Assembly: GCA_026914245.1 (NCBI GenBank)
Contig: CP110440.1
Location: 2,666,001 to 2,730,000 of the forward strand
Length of the DNA stretch: 64,000 nucleotides
Reading direction: 5' to 3'
DNA from: Puccinia triticina
Lineage: Eukaryota
A program made the translations under genes and the position numbers. The notes under the pieces are model-generated. The model did no database searches. It worked only from the letters and a program-made list of their open reading frames with translations, and was not told the DNA's origin. Shown here one piece after another: positions 49,668 to 63,957 of the stretch (positions are counted from its first letter, which is position 1; each line of letters starts with the position of its first letter).

Positions 49668-52600
49668 ATGGCCCAAGCCGCTCATCGCGATCAGCAACCC
49701 AAGACCCCTGCAAAAGCATCAGCCCCGAAGCCGAAACCTGGAAAACTATCTCAGCAGCACAAATCGCCACCCCGGAAGATCCGCAAGCCGATCTTTGATG
49801 ATGTCGAGGAACAGATACACTCGGAAGCGCTGTACGAGGACGACGATGGCAAGCACATTTATCTCACCAGGGGATGCTTGTTGGGCGAGGGCGGCTTTGC
49901 GCGAGTCTACGCGATGAAGGACGAGACAACCAACAAGATGGGCGCGCTCAAAGTCGTCAACAAGGACCAACTCAAGAGCAGCAAGAACAAGAGCAAACTG
50001 TATGCCGAAATCAAGCTCCATCGGTCCATGGACCACCCCCATATCGTCAAATTCCATTCTTGTTTCGAGGATAGTCAGAATGTATATCTGCAGATGGAAC
50101 TATGTGAACACGGGGTACGTCAGTTGTGCATGACCTTGCAGAAAAACAAAAACGCCGCGATGTTCTTGTTATTTTGACCCTGACTGATTTATTTACCTAT
50201 TCTTGGGTTCAATTTTTTTTTTTTTTTTCATCATAGTCACTGCTCGATCTGCTGAGGTTAAGGAAACGATACAGTGAGCCAGAGGCCAGGTTGTTATTGT
50301 ACCAGCTGATCTCCGCATGTGCATACATGCATGAGTCCTCCGTGATCCATCGCGATTTAAAACCGGGGAACTTATTCTTTGCTACTGAAAGCTCCTCACT
50401 ATACGGACAAGATGGGAAGGATGGCGCAGATGCCGAGCGTGGCTTGTGTGTCAAGGTTGGTGATTTCGGACTGGCTGCACTCGTCAAATTCAAGGGCGAT
50501 CGACGCAAGACGATATGTGGAACTCCAAATTACATCGCCCCTGAGATTCTTTTCGATCAGACCAATGGCCATTCTTTCGAAGTTGATATTTGGAGTGTTG
50601 GGGTTATACTGTATGTCTAGTCTTCCCGCTCACTATTTCCTACCTGGCGTTAGAACACCAAACAAAAAGACTTAGTTTCAATGCAGCATCGCTTATACTA
50701 AACATAATTTCTTGCTTCTAGCTACGCTCTACTGATTGGTAAACCGCCATTTCAGACCAAGGATGTCAATCAAATTTATCGAAACATCAAAGCCAATGCA
50801 TACTCATTTCCCAGTCCCTCCCTTATCTCCCCTTCTGCCACTGATCTGATTTCCCTCATCCTCAATCAAAAACCTGAGGAGCGACCTTCACTGGGCGCGA
50901 TAGTTTTACACCCGTGGTTTTCGGACGGGCCGTTTCCATTTATGATTCCAATGAGCGCGCTCGATATCTGTCCTGATTTCTCGAAACTCAGCAAATTCCA
51001 ATCGGATCGATTCCGCAGCGATTACATCCGTAAGCTTGGACTGGACGCCGCCCTACAAGAAGAATCGATCAGTATGGCCAATCTAAGCCGTAATCAACGC
51101 ACCCTGGGGGGAGCTGGGGAGACTACTGATGACCGACATTTGAATGAAATTGTCGAGGAAGATGAAGATGAAGGAGTCCGGGCAGTCTCGAAGAAGATGT
51201 CGAAGATCGCATTGAAATCTGAGGCTCAAGAGGTTTTATCTAAGGGTAAGAGGGCGCTGGCAGCATCGGCTAATAGCGAAAGGCCACCCCAGAAGAGAGT
51301 GGTCTCTGCTGGCTCGGTTGGTGTGACGTTGAATGACCCGATCAAAGCATCCAAAGAACGCAGAAGAGTGGAGCGCGAAGCACAAAGCGCCGTTAATCCT
51401 GGCAGTCCGATCTCCGAATTGTTGAAGAGTGCCAGGAAACCTCTTTACGTCTCCCCTCATGCCAACATGCAGCAACCATTAATGTCGATGAAAGGACAAG
51501 GTGTCAACCAACTCTTCCAGAAGATGGTCGAGGAAAAAGAGAACAAGCGCGCTGGAAAAGAACCTGAAAGACCGATGTCGAACGCCGAGGCCGGTCAAGA
51601 CACGGGAGGAGAGAACGAGATGGATGAACGGAATGGGCTTGGCCAGAGTACAAGGGCCGAGCGGAAGGCGAAGAGACAAGTAGTCCCCCAAAGAATTAAG
51701 GACGAGAACGACCCTGGGAAACAGAAGGCACGCATAGCTAGCGGAATGTTGGACTACGCGTCTGGCTGGTCGGGCGCCCAACGTAATCAATATCTGGACG
51801 ACGGGGAGGATGCTGATGAGTTGGATCTGGAAGAGCAAGAAAAACCAACACAATCCCTCGCAAAACCTTCAACCCAACGCTCCAAATCAGGTACTAAGGC
51901 TTCATCTGAGAAACAGCCTGAATCCCTCAGATCTACTGCAGGCCAACCGGGTAAGGCCTTACTAACTTTCTATCTATGTCCATCGGAAGTAAGTCTTTCC
52001 TAAATAAATACTAACCGTCTTTTCGAAAAATGTAAATAGGACGACTTGCCCAGAAAGCGCCTGCAACGACCTCCTCAACCAGCGAGCAGAACTTAGGCCG
52101 GAGTGGCGTGACGAGGAAGCCGAAACTGACGGCCTCTCAAAACCCGACGTTAGCATTGTACGATGCGTGCCATCAAACACTGATGGCTGCGCTCGGAGCG
52201 ACGACACCGGAGGCCTTGATGAGGCTGCCCTTCTACGACGGTCCGCCCGAAGATGATCCTCAAGACCAAGCACAGGCTCCCGGTGTCTTCATCCAATCTT
52301 GGGTCGATTATACCCACAAATATGGCACCGCTTATGCTATGACTGACGGCTCCTCCGGCCTCTACTTCAACGACGGCACCACGATGGTCATGTCCGCTGA
52401 TCGAAAGTACGTCTCCTTCCTGAATATCAATCCAAATCAAAACAAGAACTGCCCAAAAGATCTGACCGACCAATCTCTCGATATTCCCCTGTGGCCCATT
52501 GAAAAATGCCCTAGTCACTTTGATTATATTTTCAATCGTACAGGGATGGTATATCAGCGAAAGAATTACACCTTGAAGCCAAAGAACTATCCGATCGAGT

Positions 52601-53368
52601 TAGAACGAAAGACGTATCTACTCGAATATTTTGAGGATTATATGTTTACGACGTTGAAGAGAAACGTTAAATGGGCCTATCGGGATTTGAATCGGACCAA
52701 ACACTTGGACTTCGTCGTTAAGTATTATCGTATGAATAATGCAATTGTCTTTAAAATGAGTAACGATCTCATCCAAGTTGAGTTTTTGTTTCTTTTCTGG
52801 GTGCCCATATCGTTTCTGCATCAAGTGTGTATTTGATTAGATAGAAACCAAGACTGACGATGATGCTTTATTTGTCGTGACAGATCAATTTTTGGGATCA
52901 TCAAAAGCTACTGCTGACAGACAATGCGCGGAAGATCACGTTGATTGAGCCCGACCTGAATCTGAAAACGTATTACATTGGCGAGTTGTTCAAAGAGGCC
53001 TACGAGCTAGGCTTGTTCAAGCCGAGCACTGGCAATCAGAAGAAGAATAAGTACAAACTGAACAGCAATCACGACGGGCAGCACGATGATGATGATGAGG
53101 AGCAGATGGACGAGCAGGATAATGAGGGCGAGGATGATGATGAGGATCAAGGCAAGGATCCAGAGTGGATCGCCCAGAAGAAAAAAGTCGCCTTCGTCTT
53201 GTCCAAGTTAGAGTGTCAGTCTTTCTTCCTCGTCCTTCCTATCTTATCTCCTTCGTTACTAACATCCTCTCTTCCTCGCCAACAGATGCTCGAAGCGTTT
53301 TGAAATCTCTAGTCGATAGGGGCTCGAAAGACAAAGACTCAAAGAAGTCTAGCAAGACATCCGCTTGA
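49668..53368 (+). CDS. CDC5: Polo-like serine/threonine kinase (Cdc5/Plo1), multi-exon
   Basis: Kinase motifs [54 protein letters not shown] and KPPFQTKDV. Polo-box motifs WVDYTHKYG...LYFNDGTTM and [22 protein letters not shown] introns, e.g. 50115-50236. Confidence 0.96.
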
Positions 53369-55077
53369 ACCACCTTGTCTTTCTGAAGAAAAATCTACAA
53401 GTAGTTTTTACTCACTAGAATCCTAGACAAACAGTTTACGAGCATCAGATATATATAATACGTGTACATTACATGCACAGAGAACGCGGAAGACGAGGAT
53501 GGAGAGGTTGTCAATCAAGTCCTCTTTATCCACGCATCCTGCTCCCGGTTTCTGTGTACGACCATCATCCCTCATCCGTGTATAAGTTTTTCTACTCTCC
53601 AGTTCCTCGCCCTTCTTCTTCTATCTCTTGGACCTACAACCACCATCATCCTCATAACCATCGCTGTCCCGCTTTGTCTCTTCGCGTCTTTAGTTCCACT
53701 TTCATGGAGTCGACTCATCTCAAAAACTCAGATTAGTCTGGGTCCTACATATTCCTTACTCTGGATCGTCGATCTCCCTCTTTGAATACTCTTTTCCACC
53801 GCCCCTCCCTCTCTCTGCCTCCTCTTCCATCGTCGTCCGCTTTCTCCTCCGCCCTCGACGTTTTTTTTTTTCTCTCCTTACCTGGTCAGCCTGGTCTTCG
53901 TATTTCCTTCTTCTCTTCTTCTCTTCTCTCTCTCTTCCGTCCACACATCTCTTCTGCTTTGTTGTTGGTTGTCTACCTTTTTTCTCACGTCGATTTTCCA
54001 AATATCAAGATCTATTTTCATCTTCGTAATTTAATGTTCAAGTATCCTTCTTTTGTTCCCCCCCCCCCTCCCTTTTTTGAATGTCCATTACTCGACAAAT
54101 TTTGAAAGCTGCATTCGATATTTTGTTTTGTTTTGGAGCCAGATAGATATGTAGATGGATGCTGGGCTGTAGAGGCTATGTTTGCTTCGGTAGTGGGGGA
54201 CAAATGAGAGTTTCCGACAGGTTTGTGATGCCCTCCATTTCTCCACTTCCGTTTAAAAAAATACATTTTCAATTTCTGACTTGGAAGGCTAGAAAATAAT
54301 GCCACAAGTTTGGCAGCACAGCACATCTGACACCAGTTGACTCTTTACGAGGGGAAAGCCTTTGTAAGCTTGTGTTGCTCGCGTAACTGTTCATCTTGCC
54401 AGCAGCAGTGTTATGTTGTGTTTATTTATGTGCACAGCAAGAGCTTGCCACCACTCCACCACTGAAGTTATAACGGCTTGAGAATGCTCGGTTGGAGATA
54501 TTCTTTGTTGTTATGTATCTCTGGCCGGCCATTGGCTGCTGCGGTGCCATTTATTTATGTGAATAGCTGCCCAGACAAGATGTGGCACTCCCCAACCAGA
54601 AAAACCTTTAACTTCCACCCAGGGGGCCTCAATCAAACGCAAGCTTTTCCAGCATCAGGAGCATCGCCGGAACTCTATCGCAATCTTCCAAGGGCCCACT
54701 TCGACTACACACTTCTGTGCCATGGCAGTGTCCAAGAACCGGTTGCACTTCCCTTTCTTCCGAAGAAATCAGTGGAAAAACAAGATATTTATTTACCTGC
54801 CGTTGCCTGGGTTGTCTGCCCGAAAGGGGAAGGGTCTTCATATATGAGCTGTCCCTTTTCCTCCCTTTTCGTACTCTAGCCCGCCTCCCATACAATTGCC
54901 AAGGTATAGCCAGTCCAGGAGTGGCCTTGAGTAAACTTTGGGCTCATACTTTTTTTTTACCCACATCTCGAAAGCATCGAGGAGGGGTGTATAGATACAT
55001 ATATATTTTCTGTAATTATTCAGCTCCATAGCTCCACACGCAATCCATCAAATCTCTTTTGTAAATAAATGTATCCG

Positions 55078-56874
55078 ATGGTGTCTGCTTCCTTGGGCGT
55101 TTCCAGCATCTGTAAGTAGGACCTCCAGAAACCTCTCCTCGGCTGCGTATCTCCACTCTCTGCGACGTGAAGCAGCATAATTGACTGACATCAACAACCT
55201 CAACAGTGCTTTCTCTGCTCTGTTCGGCTACTCTGGCGCGTCCCGAGGCTACACAGAATTACATGGAGCGCATCGACCCTACGCCGCTGAAAGTCGTCGT
55301 TGGTGGTCAGTCCGACTATCCCAACCCTTGTAGTGACCACGGAGATGACTGATGCGATATCGTGCCGACTGGGGGTGTTTTTGGATCAGGCTATTCGGGG
55401 AAAATCGTTTCGCTCGAATTCGATCCATCCAAGAAGACCTTCCAGAGCCTCTCGGCCACCCCAGCCGAGTCGAGTGGGAAAAGCCCGTCGTTTATCGGCT
55501 TCAGTCCCGACGGACGATGCATGTTTGCCACCAACGAAGTCTTAGATTTCCGGGGATTGGCCCAGACCGGAAGCGTCACCTCCTTCAAAATCGAACCAGA
55601 CAACTCCTTCCGTCCTATCTCAACCGCTTTGACGGCTGCTGATCCTGCTGCCCTGGCCGTATCTCCCGACGGCAAGAACCTAGTCGCCGCTGAATAGTTA
55701 AGCTCGCTTTCTCTCTCTTTGCAGCCACTCAAAGGACAAGATATGTGATATGTACATCGGATTGAGAATTTCGTGCTGATCGAGCTCGGTTTGGTCTACA
55801 TAGTACCGCCGGATCCTGGTCGAGACATGCATTGAACAATGACTGTGGCTTCGAATCAGAGAATCCTACTCAAGTCATGAAATATCACGGATCAGGTCCT
55901 AATCCACAGCGACAAGACCATTGTACGCCCCCCTCCTTCCCTTTTCTCCGTCTGTCAAATCAGCTGCACATTGATGCTTCTATTCCGCTGCTCCGTCAAA
56001 AAAAACACAACCCGTGTAGCTTACATCCACCAAGTTTCATACAATGTGAGTGCGTGTCTGGGCCAGCACTGACATGAATACACTGAAATTGACTGTCGAT
56101 TTGGTTCTGAGCGATTACGTAGCGTGCGGGCGATTTGCTATTTGCCGTTGACCTCGGCGGCGATGCCGTCTATGTCCATCGAGTGGACCCAGGTACTGGC
56201 AGGATTGGAGAGGAGGTGGCGCATGAAATCAAGCTTCCTGCAGGTCCGTTGTCCATGCATAGATGCGACGCAGACATGATGTTCACAATACTCTGAGTGG
56301 ATTCTGCGCTGTAGGGACCGGACCCAGACATCTTTCGATGGTCGAACAACGGGGAGAATATGACATATATTTGATCAGCGAACTGAGCAACAAGCTGTTC
56401 ACGATCCGGCTCACGGACGAGCACAACGAGCTGAAGACGACGATCCGACAGACGCTGAGCACCATCCCGGGCCCGGTGAGCGACGCGAGCACGTATGCGG
56501 CGGGCGAGGTGATGGTGAGCCGGGACGGCCGCTATGTGTACGGCTCGAACCGACAGACAGACTTCAGCAAGCCGGGCACGGACAACTCGATCGTCGTCTT
56601 CGCACGGAATGTCCACTCCGGCTTGCTCGAGAATCCGCCGAGATGCTTCCCGCTCCCCGCCCCCGCCGGCAAAACGCCCCGCCATTTCTCCTTCTCCAAC
56701 GACCCCCGTCAGGCCTTCCTCGTCGTCGGCTCCCAACAGGCTAATACCCTCTCCATCTTCCGCCGTCATTCTCATTCAGGCGCCCTGGAGTTTCTCGCAT
56801 CCACTCCTGTCGAATCGCCTGCTGTGCAACTCTTTCTTCCCAATCATCACAAGCCTTACAGTCATAAGGATTGA
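55078..56874 (+). CDS. Lactonase-family 7-bladed beta-propeller (6-phosphogluconolactonase / muconate cycloisomerase-like) with predicted signal peptide, multi-exon
   Basis: Spliced N-terminus MVSASLGVSSI|LLSLLCSATLARPEAT...LKVVVG|GYSG. Family motifs SPDGR..FATNE, HGSGPNPQRQD, DLGGD, GTGPRH, SELSN, SRDGRYVYGSNR and TPRHF. Confidence 0.9.
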
Positions 56875-58109
56875 CTCCATTGCTTTCTATCATCTCTGCC
56901 TTTCTCTCTTTCTCTCTCTATCTCTCTCTGTTGTTCTTGGAAAATATGGCATTAATTGCTTTGACACTCTGCTTCTCTATAGTCTTGGTGAAATCAGATC
57001 TATTTATTTATTACATTTTTGCTCTCGAAAATCCAGCAGAACCATGTGACAATTCAAGCGTGGACTTAGCCTCTTAATCAAACCAAGTCTGCTACTTATT
57101 TTACCAACCGATCATCAGCAAATATCACCAACAAAAAATGATTCTGATAGTCTTTTGAGCAATGGATAACACCAAGCTGGCAACACTTGCGGGGCCTACG
57201 TTGGCTGTCTCTCTCTTTTGACCCACTCTCCTTTTGCTGTACTTTTGACACCCTTCTCAGGCATCCAGCGTGATGTGTCTCAGGCATACTTATTCTTTGA
57301 CGTCCTCTAAGACTACCATCCGATTTGTTACAATTTTCTACAAACAAGCACTGCTTTCATGGTTCCGATTTCGCTGTGCCGAGCACAGCTTTTGCCGGCC
57401 CCACCGGGGCGGCTGTTGGTCCATTTCCAACTTTGAAATGTGGGGTCCCCTCTGCGGCTGCCATGTTTGGTGAATAAATCAATACCGGGTCGCTGGGCAG
57501 GGTGCCTTCTTGGGCGAGCTGTGGTGTGCCATCTTGCCGAAGATTCCTGTCCGCCACAGCGAATCTGTACCGCATTTAGTCTCCGCCAAAAATCGCTTTG
57601 CATTCGAGCCCGCCCTCCCCGTTAAACCGCGCCTAATCACTGAATGTGGGTTGGTAGACTCAACCACTTAAATTTTTGTTTATCTCATGTCACCAATCAG
57701 CGATTAGTCAGGCTTGGTCTCATCCCTGCATGATAGTTATCACCACCATGATGATCCACAGTGCATTGCCGCCAAACTTAGGCTTTATCTTCGTTTTTTA
57801 ACCCTCGGTTATGAGAAAGTAGCAGTTCGAGTAAGTAAATTAACTCGTCCTTGTCTTCAAGAGAGACAAATCTTGCATTTTTTCGGTCCCCGGGTTTGGT
57901 ATGTTGGTTTTGTTATACGAGTGCTGAATGTGAAATGAATTGTAAACAACAAGAATGTCATGAGCAGGTCGAAGCCCTTTTCTGGTTCCTGAGGGCCGAG
58001 AATCCGTGAAGCGGATCGATTGAGATGATCTGTGTCAGAAGAGATTGAATTGGATAGCTGAAGAGAAAAAGAGACATACATAGAGTAAGCAGGAGAAAAA
58101 AACAAAGTT

Positions 58110-58731
58110 TCAAAAGGAAGTGTGAGTGTGAAGATAAGGGGAGGGAGCTTGCCTTTCTTGGATCGTAGAGGTAGAATAGGCACGACGTTCGACCTTGTTT
58201 AGTTTGCGTGCAGTCTTAGCGTTTGTATGAGTACGTTGGCCATTAACGGGAAAGCCGAGTGCATGTCGTTTTCCTTTGTAAGAGCCGATAGCACGATGGT
58301 GGGCGATGTTCGCTCTGACCTCGCGACGGAGATCACTTTCGATGAGGAGGCGTTGGAGAGGATCGTCGGTGATCGAGAGCAAGCGAGGCTGGGGGCTCGG
58401 ACCGGAATCAAAGTCGAGCGTCGAGGGCGCTGCGATCCCATCCAGCTCGGCCACTTTGTGGTTCGTCGGCGGTGTCGTGGGAGGCGAGGATAATAGGGCT
58501 GAGAGTCGTCCTATCTGGTGCTCGCTCAGCTCCCCGACGGTCAGTGATTTATGGATCTGCAGTCGCGCACATATCAGATTCGCAGTGTAATGTCCAATTC
58601 CTACAAACCGCGTCAATCCAATCTGGGCAAAATTTCATGTTGGTTAGTGTGCCCAGAGAATCTTTGCTACAGAGAAGAGGGCTTACTCTGACAAGCTTGT
58701 GCTCGGGCAGGTTGACGCCAAGAATGAACAT
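58110..58731 (-). CDS. SWS2: Mitochondrial small-subunit ribosomal protein uS13m (Sws2-like), two coding exons
   Basis: Exon 1 MFILGVNLPEHKLVR, intron gtaagc...ccag (~58686-58623), then IGLTRFVGIGHYTA...ESDLRREVRANI...SYKGKRHALGFPVNGQRTHTNAKTA (S13 signature). Confidence 0.93.
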
Positions 58732-59113
58732 CGTGAGATGGTTATCAGCCGCACACAGTCGGCTAGCGCATCCAAGTTCGGATGGAGTCTCAGCTGTCCT
58801 GGGGGGTTCACAGTCCTGTGAAACTGTGCCTGGGAACTGGGTATCACTCGCACTTCAACCTTCCGTCAGATAAAACCCTTCGATTACCTAGCTGCGAAGA
58901 ATACGAGGTCCGGAAATGGCGCCGAGCTCGAAACTACGCGCGTGTATGGTCTGTTCATTCGTCCAATCAGCCGCTGGGTTCAAGAAGATTGGCTGTCCTA
59001 ATTGCGAAGAATTTTTAGAAGTAAGCACCTCACTCTGAGCTTCGCACTCTTTTTTTCTCTGTTCTTGATCCGGGTGCTGCTTCTACCTTGTACATGTTTT
59101 TTCTCGCGCTCAA

Positions 59114-59407
59114 TTAGTTGAAAGGTAACCCCGAGAAGATCGTCGAATGTACTTCTGGCACATTCGATGGCACGGTCGCCATGATGAACCCGAAAGAATC
59201 ATGGGTAGTGAGTCTTTTCTTAGTCCTGATCGGTTTCTCTTCGGATGAATCTTTCGCGTCATTAGTTAGATCTGGCCGTCTTGTTTCTGACATCCTATAA
59301 TATTCTTCGTCTCTTTCTAGGCGAAATGGCAGCGAATCAACAGCCATTGTCCAGGGCTCTATGCCATCCGGATTACCGGGACTTTGCCTGAACACGTTCT
59401 CATTGAT
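59114..59407 (-). other. Possible terminal exon of an unidentified gene or pseudogene
   Basis: An open frame with protein-like composition follows a ttctag acceptor. No recognisable domain; upstream exons not resolved. Confidence 0.25.
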
Positions 59408-61289
59408 CTAGAACATAAAGGTCTTGGTGCAATTGCTCGGCAACGTGAAGATGACTAATCAGCCACCATTGTAAAAACAGACCCACTTTTTTGAAAAGAA
59501 TGACATATGTAATTTACCCCTGCCAAAGCACCTTCACGAGACTGAAGGTCTGTAACCTGCCTATGTCGCTTGGTCTTGTGCCTTCTAGCTGTTTATACCT
59601 TCCTGTCAAGACCACCTCTTGCCTTGAGCCTATCACATTCTAGTCTCGGAAGTTCATCTCTTTTGTCGCCAATCTCTCATACTAAACCCATTATTGCTCC
59701 TGGCTTTTAGTTTTCCCTTTTCCATACATAACATCAGCTCAACTCGGCTTCTCGAAGACTCAGAAGGGGATCAGAAAGGGAAGTGGTAAAAAGGATCTCA
59801 GTCTATGAGATGCCAAGTTTCGCAGATGTCATCTATGGAAAAGGAATACCAAATGTGGGCCAAAAATCAAATAAGGTCACCAATCTTCTAACACTAAGGA
59901 TTTCTACATTCTACATGACTTGCACAATGAGTGGAGAACTCCACTAGTCAATTCTACAGCCATTTACAAACAGGATTTCCAGGCAGTAACAGGCTACAGG
60001 TCCCCTAGAAATCCTGTTTATCTCTCCTTGAACCAGTACCAGCCCTTGCCATAACAACGTTAGACAGCCCCCCTCTGTTATCCACTGGATTGTTGCCCAT
60101 CATATCATGCAATTCCCTGTGATTATTTACAAGTGCTAAAGCTTGGGGAGGCCTTGAACAGTGCTGAGAAGAGTATGCTATCAAGCTCCCAATGGTGGAA
60201 GGCTTTTGCTGTGCAAAGCACAGCACTTTTTGGCCTGGCAATGCTGCACTACTTTACAGCTCAGCTTTGGGCTATGCTTGCACTTTTTTGGGCGAAGCGT
60301 GTAGCTTTTGAGTTTAGTAGTCACTGTTTGTATTCATAAAATAGCGCAAAAGCGCTGCACTGAGGCTAAAAAAAAGCGTGCTACACTATTTTATGTAGTT
60401 CAGAGAAATCTTGTTTTATTGCAAACGCTTGAAAGCCAGTAGTAGTAAAACTAACAAAAACAATGGTTAATAAACAACAAGAAACTATGTGAAGACTTTG
60501 AATGATTTTACCTATTGAGGTTTAGTTTTCTTGACTAGACACGTTGGCAATGAAGTATGAGAGAATGTATAAACTAAGAAAAAATTAAAAATACATTGAG
60601 TTGATCAAACCTAAGATTGAGAAATGGCGAGCAAACAAAGTACCTCTCCTCCCCCTGAGCAAGTATGCTCTGGTATCTTGAGAATTACACCTGCGCTTGA
60701 CTGAGATGCACTGATTGATATCACGTTCAAATGAGTGCTTGATTTTCAAGGGCTTGATGATGTTGACTTTACCTTGACTCAACACAGGTGGGATTCAGTC
60801 AATGGTGTGGAGTGTGAACTTGATGGTACCGGGTTTGTTTGCTGAGAGAGCTTGAGGTGAAGCTTATTCAAGATCAAGATTGAGCATGTGACATGTAATG
60901 AACATCTCATCCAACATTTTACACATATGTAGGGGTATTATAGGGCTATTTTTACGTATATCTTTGGAGGGAAGGAGGAAAGTAGACCTAACCATAGAAT
61001 GGCGCAAAAGTGCTGTGCTAAGGCCCAAAAGAGCGTGCTGTGCTTTACTACAGCACTATTTTTAGGCTTTTTGGAGGAGGGGCAAAATAATCCTTGCCAT
61101 AGTATGTTTTCAAATTATCCTTCACTATGAAAAAAACTCAAGAAACTGCTGCCAGTTGACATCCAGCATACTCAAGTTAATCCTCAATTAGAACAAGGAT
61201 AATACCCATGAATCCCAAATTCTTTCTACCCTGCAATCTTTGTGCATTGCCTAATTTATGCCAGACTGAGTTGAGACCTATGCAAATTT

Positions 61290-62268
61290 CCTTTTATGTT
61301 CACATACCCCTTTAATGGGTACCAACCCTTTCATGTACACATATCCCTTTCATGTGCATGAACCCCTTTCATCATGAATGCATCACCCTTTCATGTTTAC
61401 ATGCTCTTTTGATCTGTCAATAGCCCCAACAAAGGGTAGTTACGTTACATTGCATTATCCGCGCAATTTTGGTAACGTAACTCCCCCCGTTATCCGGGCC
61501 CCCCCATTACTAAACTAGCAAAGGGGTCATTTCAGGCCCCGCGCGTAACGTAACAGGCCTCATTTTTGAGGCCCGTTATCGCGTTATCCCCTGGATAACG
61601 CAATAACAGACCATTTAAGGCTTTTTTAGCCTCATTTTTTGCCCGTTCTCAGGGGCTCCGCGCGCCTGAATAACGCAAAGAGCATAAAAAAAACAGCTTA
61701 ATGTGGTGCGATAACGTAATTGCACCACCATTACGCGTAACACGTAGATAACATCAAAAATTCCATTACGTTACCTTTATCTACGTGTTATGCGTAGCAT
61801 AACAACCCTTTGTTGATACCGCTTTCATGTGTAAATACCCCTTTCATGTGTAAATAACCATTCCATGTGTAAATACCCCATTCATGTTTAAATAACCCTT
61901 TCATGTGTAAATACCCCTTTCATCATTTTTACATCACCCTTTCTTGTTTCCATACCCCTTTGATGTGTACATATCCCTTTCATGTGTAAATTCCCCTTTC
62001 ATCCTGTGTACATAACCCTTGCATGTTTACATATTCCTTTGATGTCGACATATCCCTTTCATGTGTAAATACCACTTAAATATTCACCTACCCCTTTTGT
62101 GCATACATACCCCTTTCATCATGTGGACATTTCCCTTTTATATATGTAACAATACCTTTTCACATTCCCCTTTCATGTGCACATATGCCTTTCATGTGTG
62201 CATACTTTTTGATATTATTCCTTTCATGTGTAGATACCCCTTTCCTGTGAACGTACCCTGTTCATGTG
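61290..62268. repeat. Degenerate ~20-bp minisatellite (cccctttcatgtgtaaata-like), interrupted by a MITE
   Basis: Many ccctttcatgtg variants occur on both sides of 61427-61815. Confidence 0.8.
61427..61815. mobile_element. 389-bp MITE with CAAC...GTTG ends
   Basis: Ends caacaaagggtagtta / taacaaccctttgttg. Flanks atagccc / ataccgc match at 5 of 7 positions (decayed 7-bp TSD). taacg/cgtta motifs resemble those of 45363-47334. Confidence 0.75.
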
Positions 62269-63881
62269 AGCATGCACTACACTTGTAGATGAAGGAATGA
62301 ACCTGGCAAAATACCAATAAGGGCCAAAGTATCAACCTGGATGAACTTGGGTAAAGATCAAAGTATGAACCTGGTTCTTGCATGTCAACTAGCAGCAATT
62401 TCTGGAGTTTTTTTTTCATAGTTCTTTGGGTTATTTTCTGGTGAAAAAAGAGTTTCCAGGACAAAATAGACCTGCACATGGCACTGGGAGGTGGATACCC
62501 AATGAAAGGATCAGGGACCCGCACGCGGGTACTGGTTACATACATTACTTCCAAATGTGTAACCATTGGCCATCTCAAGAGGAAAAGGTCAAACTTCTTG
62601 GAGGGACCACAGCATGATTGGATAGATTTATGAGCCAGCAAGTATACATACATTTTTTTTTCTTTTTTTAAAGTGTAGCTTTGCCTGTGGCATTGCACAC
62701 TATGAATATCATGATATCTACCTACAAGCATTTTATTTATTTATGTTTTTAGTTTGTTTTTTCCATTACTTTTTTCTATGGGGACAAGTTCTATAGAGGA
62801 TGGGGTAATCTTAACAACTAGGGACAATGAGTTGTGATGTGGGTTTGTGGGGTAGATGGGGTGCAACCATTTTTCAGGTTGATTCAATTGGGTAACAGGT
62901 ATTGAAATGGAAGAGTTTTATACATGTAAAGAGGACAACTAATAAGTGGGTTGAAGGTTGAATGGGTGGTGTGTAGTTGTCCAAGCGCAGAAGTGGTAGT
63001 GGCCAGGGGTTGGGTCCACCGGGATTCAAACACCGGTTCGTTCAAAGTGATTATATTACTATGTTGTTGCAGGGGAGACACTAAGCTTCCTTGGGTGTTG
63101 GTTATTGCTAGGCCATCCGAGATTGGACCCTCAATACATACCTATGAATTGGGGTGCCTGTATTACCCGGTGTTGTGGCTTTAAACTACAAAAGTGAATT
63201 TAGCAGACTGGTAGTGTGAATGAATCATATTTGTGCTACACTACACTATTTTTGTAGGAACAGAGCAGCTTTTTGCACAGTTTTCCAATAGAAAAAATGT
63301 CTGTTAGATGAATTTAGCCGTAGCGCAGAGGGGTATGACTGCGCTTCAGATTTTGGGAGGGGCAAGTAGTGAGAAGATTTGGCTAATAAGACAACTAGAG
63401 GCCAAAGCGGCTACGCCGCTGCAGGGTGCAAGCCCCTCAACCCTCTTTCCCACTGCTTGCCCCAGGCAAGCCCCTGCCTTCCCCCACGGCCACAGGCATC
63501 AAGCATCCCACTCAATTTGTGTGGGCCCTTTCAAGTCCTATGGAAACCCACTCCCGCCTCCCCTTCAAGGTGCACTGCTCCAACTTCTAGCCACTCCCAC
63601 CATCTCAGCAGTGTAAAATGGTGCGGTGGGGTGTTGCTGGTGGGTATATAAAATATCTGCAGGTCTAGAATTCTGTGGATTTAAGAAAGTGGGATAAAGA
63701 TAAAGTAAATACAATTAAGATAGTTTTTACCTAATAAAACAGGAACTAAGGTAAAAGATGAGAAAAATTGAAACCAGAACCAAAAATACACACTAGGACT
63801 TTGAAGCTAATAATGAAATAGAAGTGGTTAGGTCTTTGAGAAAACAATGGTCAATAAGAAGGATAAATAGAAAAATGAAAG

Positions 63882-63957
63882 AACCTGTGAACAGCTAGCC
63901 TAGACTGAGGACCTCAACAACCTGTGAAAAGCTAGCCTAGACTGAGGACCTCGACAA
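63882..63957. repeat. 37-bp tandem duplication
   Basis: aacctgtgaacagctagcctagactgaggacctcaac followed by aacctgtgaaaagctagcctagactgaggacctcgac. Confidence 0.85.

Noticed and set aside
53462..55031. ORFs between CDC5 and the lactonase gene
   Set aside because: Low-complexity CT-rich intergenic sequence with no domain or convincing exon structure.
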